Shown here in pieces: positions 37,665-47,631 of a DNA stretch of 64,000 bases. The stretch covers positions 101,362-165,361 of the forward strand of contig JANQAK010000005.1 of NCBI GenBank assembly GCA_024707075.1. Reading direction: 5' to 3'. Position numbers and translations under genes: made by a program. The first letter of the stretch is position 1. Every line of letters starts with the position of its first letter. A model generated the notes under the pieces. That model saw only the letters and a list, made by a program, of their open reading frames with translations. It made no database searches and was not told the DNA's origin. Source of the DNA: Afipia sp. GTDB lineage: Bacteria > Pseudomonadota > Alphaproteobacteria > Rhizobiales > Xanthobacteraceae.

Positions 37665-38489
37665 ATGGCCAAGCATCATCTCGATCCGAAGGCGGCCCTC
37701 TCGACCGTCGATCCTGTCTGGACCCGCATCCGGGACGAGGCTGAGGAAATCGTGCAGCGCGAGCCGGAACTCGCGACCTTCATCTATTCCACGGTGCTGC
37801 ACCACACCCGTCTCGAGGATGCCGTTGTGCACCGCATTGCGGAACGGCTCGATCACTCGGCACTCTCCGGCGATCTGATCCGTCAGGCCTATCTGGAAGC
37901 GATCCGCCTCGATCCTGATTTCGGCAATGCGTTCCGCGCCGATCTCGTCGCGGTGTTCGACCGCGATCCGGCGACCTCGCGCTTCATCGATCCGCTGCTT
38001 TACTTCAAGGGCTTCCACGCCATTCAGGCGCATCGCCTGGCGCACTGGCTCATCAACAACGGCCGCAAGGATTTCGCCTATTACATCCAGAGCCGCTCGT
38101 CGGCGGAATTCCAGACCGACATCAATCCGAATGCGAAAATCGGACGCGGCATTTTCCTCGACCACGCCACCGGCCTTGTGGTCGGCGAGACCGCGGTGAT
38201 CGAGGACAACGTCTCCATTCTTCATGGCGTGACGCTCGGCGGCACCGGCAAGGAGAACGAGGACCGTCATCCGAAAATCCGTCATGGCGTGATGATCGGC
38301 GCCGGCGCGAAGATTCTCGGCAACATCGAGGTCGGACATTGCGCGCGGATCGCGGCAGGTTCGGTGGTGGTGAAACCGGTGCCGAACAACGTCACGGTTG
38401 CGGGCGTGCCTGCGAAGATCGTGGGCGAGGCGGGATGCGCCGAGCCGTCGCGCACCATGAACCAGATGCTCAACGCCATCGGCATTTGA
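37665..38489 (+). CDS. cysE: Serine O-acetyltransferase
   Basis: DRDPA, YFKGFHAIQAHR, IFLDHATGLVVGET, VTLGGTGKE...RHPK. Confidence 0.97.
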   Translation: MAKHHLDPKAALSTVDPVWTRIRDEAEEIVQREPELATFIYSTVLHHTRLEDAVVHRIAERLDHSALSGDLIRQAYLEAIRLDPDFGNAFRADLVAVFDRDPATSRFIDPLLYFKGFHAIQAHRLAHWLINNGRKDFAYYIQSRSSAEFQTDINPNAKIGRGIFLDHATGLVVGETAVIEDNVSILHGVTLGGTGKENEDRHPKIRHGVMIGAGAKILGNIEVGHCARIAAGSVVVKPVPNNVTVAGVPAKIVGEAGCAEPSRTMNQMLNAIGI

Positions 38490-38595
38490 TGCGATCTGTT
38501 TGCGATTTATCGCGATCCGATTGGTGCAGCCTCTAGCGGTCTGCGCCATATCGCATTAAAGCTGTCGCAAACATCATTCAGTTGGAGAACACCTC

Positions 38596-38814
38596 GTGGA
38601 CGTTACGGAAGTCAGGAAACTCGACGCCTATCTCAAGCGGCTGTTCGGCAATCCCAAAATCCGCGTCGTGCCGCGTCCGAAGAAGGACGACTCGGCCGAG
38701 GTCTATATCGGCGAGGAATTCATCGGCGTGCTGTTCGTCGATGACGAGGACGATGACCGGTCCTACCAGTTCCAGATGGCGATCCTCGAGACCGACATCG
38801 AGGAAGAGGTTTAA
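38596..38814 (+). CDS. DUF3126 family protein
   Basis: KLDAYLKRLFGN...DSAEVYIGEEFIGV. Confidence 0.8.
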   Translation: MDVTEVRKLDAYLKRLFGNPKIRVVPRPKKDDSAEVYIGEEFIGVLFVDDEDDDRSYQFQMAILETDIEEEV

Positions 38815-38848
38815 GACTTCTTCGCTTGTTTTACCGACAATCGCGATA

Positions 38849-38963
38849 CGTCAACCCGAGGTGCGAGCGCACTTTTGCGCGAGCCTCGAAGGATGACGGT
38901 CACACGCTGTAGCAGCCGTCGCCCTTCGAGGCCTCCGCTGCGCTACGGCACCTCAGGGTGACG
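38849..38963. repeat. REP-like palindromic intergenic repeat (family A')
   Basis: GAGGTG...GAGCCTCGAAGGATGAC...CCCTTCGAGGCC...GCTACGGCACCTCAGGGTGACGG; sister copy at 62738. Confidence 0.8.
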
Positions 38964-38993
38964 GCGATTTCTGTCTGGTGCCAGGGTTTATGT

Positions 38994-39704
38994 TTATCCC
39001 CGCGGCGTGCGCATTCGGCTGATGATCTGATCCATCGCGCCGGCGACGTCGCGCCACTTGTCGAGCCACGCGCGCGGAAACCTGAAGGTCAGGTCCGCTC
39101 CCTCGATACGCCGCTCGGCGAGACACATGCCGGGCGTCTTTGCATCACGCGTGCAGCGCGCGATGATCTGCGGCGACGAGGCATAAACCAGATCCTCGCT
39201 GGCGTAGGGCGTGTTGTCGCGGAACGGACGAATGCTCAAGCCGTCTTGCAGGCTTCCCGATGTCTGGTCGAGATAGCGCGGATAGATCGTCCGCGTCCGC
39301 TCGTCCGGCGACAGCGCGTCATGGTGGGCCGCGATCGACAGGAAGATGCGGTCAATGTCCGGAAGGTTTTCTTCGACCGTCTCCTGGGTGACATGGCGCG
39401 GCGCTTCTGGCGCTTCCAGCGACGGATAGACGAAGTTGAGATCGACACGCTCCTGCGGGCCGGTGCGCTTCTGCACCTTCACCCGGATCGCCTTGGTCGG
39501 CACGTTGAACAGCGTGTTGCCGATGCTGACCGGCAGTCGCGAGGGATCGTCAACTTTCTCGACGCCCCATGTCGGCCACAGCAGATAGGCGACGATGCCG
39601 ACGGCGCATGCGCCGATTCCGCCCATGACCAGAAGCGGCACGAGGTGGCTATGCGGCGCGCGGCGCGCGTTGGTTCGCGGTGAAGTCGAGGACGTCAGAG
39701 CCAT
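38994..39704 (-). CDS. Conserved hypothetical membrane-anchored protein
   Basis: N-terminal TM, 236 aa. Confidence 0.7.
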   Translation of the reverse strand: MALTSSTSPRTNARRAPHSHLVPLLVMGGIGACAVGIVAYLLWPTWGVEKVDDPSRLPVSIGNTLFNVPTKAIRVKVQKRTGPQERVDLNFVYPSLEAPEAPRHVTQETVEENLPDIDRIFLSIAAHHDALSPDERTRTIYPRYLDQTSGSLQDGLSIRPFRDNTPYASEDLVYASSPQIIARCTRDAKTPGMCLAERRIEGADLTFRFPRAWLDKWRDVAGAMDQIISRMRTPRG

Positions 39705-39852
39705 GTGCGGGCGTCAGGGTTTCCGGAACGGGAAGGCCTCATGGCCCGGTCAGATCGGCCGAGATTATGCCATGTCCGGCGGCTTTCTCCGAAGTTCCGC
39801 GCGGCGGGACGCAGTCCAGGCCATGCACACAAAGCCGAGCGGCTTCGTCACG

Positions 39853-39867
39853 TTAACCTTTCCTTAA
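39853..39867. promoter_or_regulatory. CtrA box
   Basis: TTAA-CCTTTCC-TTAA. Confidence 0.6.
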
Positions 39868-39982
39868 GGATAAGGTGGCGGGCGCGGCGGCATTTTGCGA
39901 AGGGGGACGGGCGAACCAACGGGCCGCCTGCGGCTTTGTCGTTCAGCCGAAGCGTTCTCGTGTGTTTTGAAAGTCCTGTCCG

Positions 39983-40312
39983 ATGTCGCCTGAAGCGTTG
40001 AATTCGTTCTTTGCCATCCTGATCGGATTTGCGCTGGCCGGCGCGCTGACCAGCGGTTTTCAGGCTTTCGTGCAACGTCCGCCAGGATTCGGACTGCTGG
40101 CGCAGGAGGCCGCGCCAAAGGCCTTCGCGGCCGTGCCGTTTCTGGTGTTCGCAGCGCCCTTCATCATCATGCGCAACACCGTGCGCGGGCGGACCATTGA
40201 GGGGCGGCGGGTCGAGTTCGTGGCGCTGGCCACGATCATCGCCGGTTTCTGGAGCATGATGTCGGGAACGTTCGTTCTCATGCTGCTGGAGACCTCCGGG
40301 CTGATCGCCTGA
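39983..40312 (+). CDS. Small membrane protein (3 TM)
   Basis: Hydrophobic pattern; LVFAAPFIIMRN. Confidence 0.7.
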   Translation: MSPEALNSFFAILIGFALAGALTSGFQAFVQRPPGFGLLAQEAAPKAFAAVPFLVFAAPFIIMRNTVRGRTIEGRRVEFVALATIIAGFWSMMSGTFVLMLLETSGLIA

Positions 40313-40420
40313 ACGCCAGGGCGTTTGCTGTTTCCACACTCTCGCCAGACCATGTTCGTTCATGGCATTGTCGCGCCGAATTTTCGCGCTTGGACTGAAG
40401 CGCGCTGACCGGAGACAGGA

Positions 40421-40951
40421 ATGGCGATCTACGAACTCGACGGCAAATCCCCCGAACTTCCCGCGGACGGACACTACTTCATCGCTGAAACCGCGACAGT
40501 GATCGGCAATGTGCGCCTGAAAACCGACGCAAGCGTCTGGTTCGGCTCGGTGCTGCGCGGCGACAACGAACTGATCGAGATCGGCGAAGGCTCCAACGTG
40601 CAGGACAACTGCACCTTCCACACCGATCCCGGCTTTCCGCTCACCATCGGCAAGAACTGCACCATCGGCCACAACGTTATCCTGCATGGCTGCACCATCG
40701 AGGACGGCGCGCTGATCGGCATGGGCGCGATCGTCATGAACGGTGCGATCATCCGCAAGGGCTGCGTCGTCGGCGCGGGCGCGGTCATCACCGAAGGCAA
40801 GCAGTTCGAGGAACGCTCGCTCGTGGTCGGCGCGCCGGCGCGCGTGATCCGCACGCTGACCGAGGAACAGGTCAAGGCCATGACCTATGGCGCGGCTCAC
40901 TACGTCCACAATGGCAAGCGATTCAAGGCGGGCCTGAAGAAGATCGGGTGA
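40421..40951 (+). CDS. Gamma-carbonic anhydrase family protein
   Basis: SVWFGSVLRGDNE, NVQDNCTFH, GHNVILHGC. Confidence 0.93.
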   Translation: MAIYELDGKSPELPADGHYFIAETATVIGNVRLKTDASVWFGSVLRGDNELIEIGEGSNVQDNCTFHTDPGFPLTIGKNCTIGHNVILHGCTIEDGALIGMGAIVMNGAIIRKGCVVGAGAVITEGKQFEERSLVVGAPARVIRTLTEEQVKAMTYGAAHYVHNGKRFKAGLKKIG

Positions 40952-40968
40952 GGCGCGGGGGACCGCGC

Positions 40969-41310
40969 CTAATATCCCACAGCCAGACTGAATTCCTCGG
41001 CGTATTCTTCGTCATGGCGTCTGGGAACCGCGCCGGATGCGCCGCCGCGCGGCGGATCGCCGTCATCGTCGAGACTGCGAAGCGCGGACAATATCTCTGC
41101 AAGCGGGATGGGATCTTTGTGCCCCGCGATCTGGCGAAGCCAGGGCTTTCCCTCAACGGCGAATGCATCGGACGCCCACGCGGCGAGGATGCATCTTTTC
41201 TGGACCGGGGTAAGCGTGGGGTCCGTCAGAACGTCCGACGGGTGAGTGAATGAACTCGCGAGAAATGAATGGGCGTGAATGTCGATTGCGTTGTGCTCAA
41301 CCGATAGCAT
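40969..41310 (-). CDS. Conserved hypothetical protein
   Basis: HPSDVL...KRCILAAWASDA motif. Confidence 0.7.
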   Translation of the reverse strand: MLSVEHNAIDIHAHSFLASSFTHPSDVLTDPTLTPVQKRCILAAWASDAFAVEGKPWLRQIAGHKDPIPLAEILSALRSLDDDGDPPRGGASGAVPRRHDEEYAEEFSLAVGY

Positions 41311-41499
41311 GGCCTCCTCCTGTGCTCCTTTCGTTGGGATGGCGGAAAGCTATTTAGAAAAACGGTTTTCGGTTTCAAGACCCGCCGGCAGGATTTTCGG
41401 TTGCGAAATAGGGAGCAACTTCGGGTTGACGCCGGAACCTGGGGCGGCCATGACCTGCGCCCGGAACCATTCCCTGAAAACTGCGATCAAGGAGATAGC

Positions 41500-41892
41500 A
41501 TGGTGCAGAAGACCGCAGCCAACTGGATTGGCTATGCCATGAGCGGCATTGTGGTGCTGGCGCTGCTCGCCGATGCAGGCACGCAATTGTTCCTGCCGCA
41601 TCTGCTGAAGGCCGAAATGGACGCGACCGGCTTTGCACAGAGTCTGGCAACGCCGCTCGGCATCATCATGCTCGTGTGCGGGGTTCTCTACGCGATACCC
41701 CGGACCGCCGTGCTTGGCGCGATTCTGATCACGGGATTTCTCGGCGGCGCGATCTGCACCCATTTTCGCCTCGGGGAATTCGCTTCTCCACCGCAGCTTA
41801 TCTGTCTGCTGCTCGGCGTTCTGACGTGGGGCGGTCTTTATCTGCGTGACGCGCGGCTGCGCGCGTTGTTGCCGTTCACCTCCGCGCCGTAG
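41500..41892 (+). CDS. DoxX family membrane protein
   Basis: AGGAG RBS; PRTAVLGAILITGFLGGAICTH. Confidence 0.85.
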   Translation: MVQKTAANWIGYAMSGIVVLALLADAGTQLFLPHLLKAEMDATGFAQSLATPLGIIMLVCGVLYAIPRTAVLGAILITGFLGGAICTHFRLGEFASPPQLICLLLGVLTWGGLYLRDARLRALLPFTSAP

Positions 41893-42067
41893 CGCTCGGA
41901 GCGACGGCCAGCGGCCACGGCAGAGCGGCGGTGGCTGTCGCATCGCAGGCGCATCCGCAAAAAGTTGCGGCCAGCCCTGGGGGAGAGCTGGCCGCGCACG
42001 ATCCGGTCTGGGACGGGGAGGGGTGGGGATACGACCGGGTCGTGGGTCTCCGTGTTGAAGTTCCTGT

Positions 42068-42689
42068 TTAGCGTGAACTTGCCGTCGCAACTGCCGGACG
42101 GGAATCTCCAAGCGAGACCCATGCGTTCGGATCGGTCTGCGACTGCCGCTTCACGAAGCGGTAGCCGGTGTCGGTCCAGGCCACGACGTCCTCGTTCTGG
42201 TTGTCGAGGACGAATTCGCCCTTGTCGGACTTCACGGTCAGCACTGCGTGGCCTTCGCCCTTCTTGTCGCGGACCACCGTGATCAGCAGCGCCTCGCGCG
42301 GCCATCCGGCATCGATCAACATCTTGCGCTTCAGAAGAACGTAGTCCTCGCAGTCGCCATATCCGTCGCTTGGATACGACCACCGCTCGACGACCCCCCC
42401 AATGATCCATATCGGTCATCGGCTTGATGGTGTCGTTGACCCAGCGGTTGACCCGCAGCAGATCTTTCCACGCCGCCTGCGTCATCACGATGTCGCGGGC
42501 CTGCGTCGCGCCGCCCCGGCAATCGCCCGGATTGTCGGCGCAGAATTCGACCCAGCCGATCGGCGAGCGCGTGGTGTCGCCCAGGCTGGCATAGAGCGCT
42601 CGTTCGCCCGCGGCATGGGCGGCGACAGACATGCACATCAGGCCGGCGGCAATCGCCAGACCAACTCCCCGTCCACGAATTGAAAACAT
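42068..42689 (-). CDS. Transglutaminase-like cysteine peptidase (BTLCP); one extra base in a 7-C run at ~42395
   Basis: PIGWVEFC, VNRWVN, GDCEDY, HAVLTV, VLDN. Confidence 0.9.
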
Positions 42690-43029
42690 TGTGGCCCCCG
42701 TTTCTTGTTGGGACCACTTTTCACACAAAGGATTTGCGCGGCGGCTAAGTCGTCGAAGTACAATTGAAGCAAACGCTAGTAAAAACTGGCGCTACTTCAA
42801 TTTATACTTGAGTAAAATGAGCATAAAATTTGAAATAACTGCATTTGATTCAAATTTTAGCTATTGTCGGTCAAGATGCTGAGATTATTGCTATTTCTGG
42901 TGCAGCCGGTACTGCTCGCGGGGAGCCGCACGGGCCCGCTGAGCGCATTTCAAAATGCATCAAGGCGACACCCGGGTGCGGATATCGTCTTGGCAGGCCT
43001 CAAAATCAGGAATTGGTAACCGCGGCTTT

Positions 43030-43644
43030 TTACCGGGCGCTTACGTTGTCCTCGACAGTCTCGGGAAGCTGCGCGTGGATGAACTCGATCGCGAAGCCTT
43101 CCTCGAGATGGCGAATGACGCGTGCCTGAATACGGCCGAGCACGACAGCCTCGCCGACCAGCGGCTTGATCTCCGCGGCAAGCGCGGCGCCCGACAGCGA
43201 CAGGTCGATGATCCGGCAGGGCATGGCGCGCCCGTCTTCGAATTTCAGGATCGCCACCGGGTTGCGCGGCACGATGCGGTCGTGGCGGCGGTCTTCCGGC
43301 AGATTGAGGATCTGGCGATTGGCAAGCCAGGTGAGCTGGGCTGCGAGCTTGTCGCGCTTGCGCGGCGTCGCGCTGACCGTCATCGCGAAGCCGTTGTCGA
43401 GCAGGCGGGTGATCTTGCCTTCGACCCGGCCGATATGGTCGAGATAGGCCACCACGCGTTCACCGACATTGCCGATGCCGGGCGCCAGCATGGCGAGACC
43501 GCCCGGCGACATATTGATGACCTGACATGGAAATTCACGCCGGTCCGCCAGCATGTAGCGTCCGAGCAGATGGACTTTCACCCGCTGAAAGCGTCGCCGC
43601 TCCTGAGCGGACGGACAGATCGATTGTCGCTGCGCCAACGCCAT
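43030..43644 (-). CDS. Tandem PilZ domain protein
   Basis: RRRFQRV...NMSPGG and RRHDR...DLSLSG. Confidence 0.9.
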   Translation of the reverse strand: MALAQRQSICPSAQERRRFQRVKVHLLGRYMLADRREFPCQVINMSPGGLAMLAPGIGNVGERVVAYLDHIGRVEGKITRLLDNGFAMTVSATPRKRDKLAAQLTWLANRQILNLPEDRRHDRIVPRNPVAILKFEDGRAMPCRIIDLSLSGAALAAEIKPLVGEAVVLGRIQARVIRHLEEGFAIEFIHAQLPETVEDNVSAR

Positions 43645-43729
43645 TTTTCACACCGGTCGACCGGTTTTTCAGTATGGATGGACCTTACGGGGTTCAGGGT
43701 TAACGATGCGTTAGCCTTGATGGCGCGGA

Positions 43730-44296
43730 TCAGCGCAGCCCCTCGTAGACGGTGAAGCCGCGGATCATCGACCATTTCCGCAAGGCGCGCGGCCCGCGCC
43801 GATCCTGGCCGAGATGTCGCCAGGAGGTGAGGCTGAAGTCTTTCAGGCTGCCATAGGCCTGCGGTCCCTGAACGGGATTGAGCGGGGCAAGCAATCCGGT
43901 CAGGCTGACCGGTGTGTGCGAGCGGGCGCTGAAGGGCAGGAGCAACAGCTCCAGGTGAACGCGCGTCCCGTCCGGCGCCTGCGCCGTCATGCCGGCGACG
44001 GTGGCCAGCGTTTCCTCGGTCACGATCCCCAGAATGTCCTGGATGTCGCCGCGATCGCCATCATGGAACAGGCCGGTGAAACTTTGCCCCTTCAGGTCGC
44101 GGCCGAGCAGGGCGCACATCCGGGTTCCCGCCACCCGAAACGGGTAGCCGGCCGCTGTATCGCAGGACAACACGAAGATATCGCCCAGCAAATGACGGAC
44201 GTGCTCGGGTTCCATGTCGCTGCGCTCGGGCGCAGCGGCACCGGCCCGTTTCTCGTCCCAGTAGGAGTAAAACTCCCGGTTCGCTGGATGTTTCAT
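43730..44296 (-). CDS. PAS_5-type domain protein
   Basis: YWDEKR, FRVAGT, ELLLLP. Confidence 0.8.
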   Translation of the reverse strand: MKHPANREFYSYWDEKRAGAAAPERSDMEPEHVRHLLGDIFVLSCDTAAGYPFRVAGTRMCALLGRDLKGQSFTGLFHDGDRGDIQDILGIVTEETLATVAGMTAQAPDGTRVHLELLLLPFSARSHTPVSLTGLLAPLNPVQGPQAYGSLKDFSLTSWRHLGQDRRGPRALRKWSMIRGFTVYEGLR

Positions 44297-44445
44297 CGTC
44301 GTATCCCGCCCCGCGCATGACGATGGCGAGACAGATTTGTCCCGCTTTCAGGCACCGCGAGGCCCCTTTGTTGTTGTGCGGGACTGGAGGTGCAGCGTCC
44401 ATGCCGGAGCGGCGATTTGCTGGCTGAAGACCCAACTTTGCGCCG

Positions 44446-44461
44446 TTAACGTTAAGTTAAC
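44446..44461. promoter_or_regulatory. CtrA box
   Basis: TTAA-CGTTAAG-TTAAC. Confidence 0.6.
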
Positions 44462-44674
44462 TATGAGCTTCGTGAATACGCCTATCCTGGCTAGTATTCA
44501 TGCACTCCAAATCGCCGGTCTTTCTCCAGGGATCGGCGGTGGCAAGAACTTTCAAGTTGAACGACAGGCGGCGGAAAACGATCTGGTCATTGTGCGGGGA
44601 GGGGGTGGGGATACCCGGAGCGTGAAGCAGCGCTCTTACGCAACAAGCCCGCGCAAAAAGACCGGCAAGACACG

Positions 44675-44705
44675 GGGAGGGCCTTCAAGCCCTCCCTTTT
44701 CTTTT
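44675..44705 (+). terminator. Rho-independent terminator-like hairpin upstream of rhomboid
   Basis: GGGAGGGC-CTTCAA-GCCCTCCC-TTTTCTTTT. Confidence 0.55.
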
Positions 44706-44757
44706 GTGCGGCCCTGGCCTTCCGCTTGCACCGCACCGGGAAACCCGCCTATCTCAA

Positions 44758-45579
44758 TGCAACGGCCCTTTCGCCGCCCGTTCCGGACCCTGTGCGCCCT
44801 TGGACTCTTCTGAATCCCCTCGCGAGCCGATCCTGACCATTCCCGCGGGGATGACGGCGCTTCTCATCATCATGGTGGGCATCCACGGCGTGCGCGCGCT
44901 GTTGCCGCTCGATACCGATCAGGACGTGATCTGGACATTCGGGTTCGTGCCTGCGCGCTACGATACATCTGTGCTGGCCGGACAGTTTCCCGGTGGGGTC
45001 GGCGCCGAGATATGGACCTTCCTGACCTACGCCTTCCTGCATGCGGACATCACCCACATCGCCTTCAACATGCTGTGGATGCTGCCGTTCGGCAGTGCGG
45101 TGGCGCGCCGGTTCGGAACGGCGAGGTTCTTTGCGTTTTTTGCCGTCACTGCCATCGCGGGCGCGTTCGCGCATCTGGTGACGCACCAGCACGAGGTCGC
45201 ACCGATGATCGGCGCATCGGCAGCGGTGTCGGGCATGATGGCAGCCGCCATCCGCTTCGCCTTCCAGCATGGCAGTTTCCTGTCATTCGGGCGCGGCGAT
45301 GCGGAGGAAGCGGCGCGCGTGCCCGCCCTCTCGCTGGCGCGGTCGCTCCAGAACTCGCGGGTGCTCGGATTTCTCGCGGTCTGGTTCGGCCTCAACGTCA
45401 TCACGGGCCTCGGCGCGGTCGCCATCGGCGCTTCGGCGCAAAGCATCGCCTGGCAGGCGCATATCGGCGGCTTCGTCGCGGGATTGCTGCTGTTTTCGCT
45501 GTTCGATCCGGTGCCCCGCGCGATCGGGCAGGACAACAAGGCAGGTGCGCTGCCGCCGGATGGCTCCGACATTCGCTGA
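44758..45579 (+). CDS. Rhomboid intramembrane serine protease (start uncertain)
   Basis: FLHADITHIAFN, GASAAVSG, WQAHIGG. Confidence 0.92.
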   Translation, partial: CNGPFAARSGPCAPLDSSESPREPILTIPAGMTALLIIMVGIHGVRALLPLDTDQDVIWTFGFVPARYDTSVLAGQFPGGVGAEIWTFLTYAFLHADITHIAFNMLWMLPFGSAVARRFGTARFFAFFAVTAIAGAFAHLVTHQHEVAPMIGASAAVSGMMAAAIRFAFQHGSFLSFGRGDAEEAARVPALSLARSLQNSRVLGFLAVWFGLNVITGLGAVAIGASAQSIAWQAHIGGFVAGLLLFSLFDPVPRAIGQDNKAGALPPDGSDIR

Positions 45580-45764
45580 GCAGACCTGCATGATGATGCA
45601 TGTTGCAGGCGGACCAATTCTTCGACATCATCGGGCGGTATCGTTGGGTTGTGCCAAACCGCCGCACTTGGGTTGGATAGGTGCAACCAAGTTGACGCTG
45701 CGTTGTTTGACTCAAGAGCATAAGTGCCGCCGGCAAGCCGGGCGGCCTGTCTGGGGAGACGACA

Positions 45765-46193
45765 ATGACGGTTCGATCAGTTCTGGATACCAAAGGCCAT
45801 CAGGTCATCAGTGTGTCGCCCGACGCCAAACTCTCGGCGGCGGTGAAGATTCTCTCCGAGCGCCGCATCGGTGCGGTCATGGTGATGAGCGGTCAGAAAA
45901 TCGACGGCATTCTCTCCGAGCGCGATGTGGTGCGCGTGCTGGGCGAACGCGGTGCGGGCGTGCTCGATGAGCCGGTTCGCAGCGTGATGACGTCGAAGGT
46001 CATTACCTGCCGCGAGACTGACACCGTCAGCGCGATCATGGAAGTCATGACCACCGGAAAATTCCGGCACTTGCCTGTCGTCGAGAGCGACCGCATCGTC
46101 GGCCTGATCTCCATCGGCGACGTGGTGAAGTGGCGTGTCGCCGAATACGAGCGCGAACAGGAAGCGCTGCACGATTACATCAAGACGGCATAG
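45765..46193 (+). CDS. CBS domain protein
   Basis: Two CBS repeats: GILSERD, GLISIGDVVK. Confidence 0.92.
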   Translation: MTVRSVLDTKGHQVISVSPDAKLSAAVKILSERRIGAVMVMSGQKIDGILSERDVVRVLGERGAGVLDEPVRSVMTSKVITCRETDTVSAIMEVMTTGKFRHLPVVESDRIVGLISIGDVVKWRVAEYEREQEALHDYIKTA

Positions 46194-46202
46194 ATTCGGA
46201 TA

Positions 46203-46322
46203 CCTCATCCTGAGGAGCGCGTTTTTTTGCGCGCGTCTCGAAGGATGAGGATGTAAGGATTCCTGTCGCTCGGCCTCATGGTTCGAGACGCGAGGCTGAC
46301 GCCTCGCTCCTCACCATGAGGA
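46203..46322. repeat. REP-like palindromic intergenic repeat (family A)
   Basis: CCTCATCCTGAGGAGCGCG...GCGTCTCGAAGGATGAGG...CTCATGGTTCGAGACGCGAGGCTG...CTCCTCACCATGAGGA; near-identical copy at 51399. Confidence 0.85.
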
Positions 46323-46343
46323 GTGCCGTGACGCTTGCGACAT

Positions 46344-47387
46344 TTAAGGCTGCGTGGGCTGCGCCGTGCCCGGCGTCTGGCTCGCCGTCGGGGTAAGCAG
46401 GCTGATCGCTTCCTGAATCGATTCAATGTTGCGCTCGGCCGCGCGCGCGCCGTGGGCGATGGTTTCCTCGGCGCGATGGAAATCGAACCATCCGATCTTG
46501 CCGACGCGCGGCGAGATCAGCACGTCCGGCGGATCGCCGGCGAGGCGCGAACGCGTGATGCGGTCCTGCATGATGTTGAAGGCTTCCACCATCACCGTCG
46601 AAATTCCCGGTCGCCCGGCGCTGCCGAAGAATTCCCGCTTCACGGTTTTCTCGGCCGAGAAGAACTTCCCGAAGCCGCGCTTTTCCGGCACCGGTTCGGC
46701 GGGTTGCTCTGGCGGGGGCTCAACAGGGATCTTGCCGTGCGCGGAGATGATGGTGCCGTGTCCGAACACGTCGGTCGAGACATTGCAGGCGATGACGACT
46801 TCCGCGCCGAGCGCGCGCGCCGCCGACACCGGCACCGGATTGACGAGCGCGCCATCCACTAGCCAGCGGTCGCCGATCAGCACCGGCTCGAAAATGCCGG
46901 GCAGGGCGTAGGATGCGCGCACCGCATCGACCAGCCGTCCGTCTGTGATCCAGATCTCGTGGCCGGTGTTGACCTCGGTGGAGACCGCCGCGAATTTCAG
47001 CGGAAGCTCGTCGATCAGGATACCGCCGAATGACGACTCGAGCTGCGCGGCGAGCTTGCTGCCGCCGATCAGGCCGGAGCCGTTGAGACGGATGTCAAGA
47101 TAGCTGAAGATATTCCGCGGCAGCAGGCCCTTGGCCCACGACTCCAGCGTATCGAGATGCCCTGCGGCATAGGATGCGCCGACCACGGCGCCGATGGATG
47201 TTCCGACTACGATGTCCGGCACGATCCCGTTGGCCAGAAGCGTGCGCAGGATGCCGATATGGGCAAAACCGCGCGCGGCGCCGCCGCCCAGCGCGAGCCC
47301 TATCGTCGGCTTCTTGTTTGCAGGCCCTCCGACCCCGATCTTGCTCCGGGCGCCTGTCTGGCGAAATCCGATCAAACTTTCCAGCAA
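46344..47387 (-). CDS. Patatin-like phospholipase (RssA-like)
   Basis: GGGAARG, GTSIG, DGA; AGGAG + TTG start. Confidence 0.92.
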   Translation of the reverse strand: MLESLIGFRQTGARSKIGVGGPANKKPTIGLALGGGAARGFAHIGILRTLLANGIVPDIVVGTSIGAVVGASYAAGHLDTLESWAKGLLPRNIFSYLDIRLNGSGLIGGSKLAAQLESSFGGILIDELPLKFAAVSTEVNTGHEIWITDGRLVDAVRASYALPGIFEPVLIGDRWLVDGALVNPVPVSAARALGAEVVIACNVSTDVFGHGTIISAHGKIPVEPPPEQPAEPVPEKRGFGKFFSAEKTVKREFFGSAGRPGISTVMVEAFNIMQDRITRSRLAGDPPDVLISPRVGKIGWFDFHRAEETIAHGARAAERNIESIQEAISLLTPTASQTPGTAQPTQP

Positions 47388-47631
47388 CGCATGTCTCCTG
47401 ACGATCCATAGGTTCGAATCGGCCGTCCGCGATCGGTCGCGATTCAGCCACCAGAACGCGAATTGAGTGTGATTGTGCCTCGGACACGCGTTTCGCGTAA
47501 TCAGGAAATGTGACTGTAGCGCGGCTTGTGCCGCCGCAGAAGGCGTTATTCGGCGGATGAGGGCTGCGCTGAAGGCGTCAAGCACCTTGTAAGGCTTGAA
47601 TTTGCCTCGTTTTCGGTGAAAAACCACCGCC

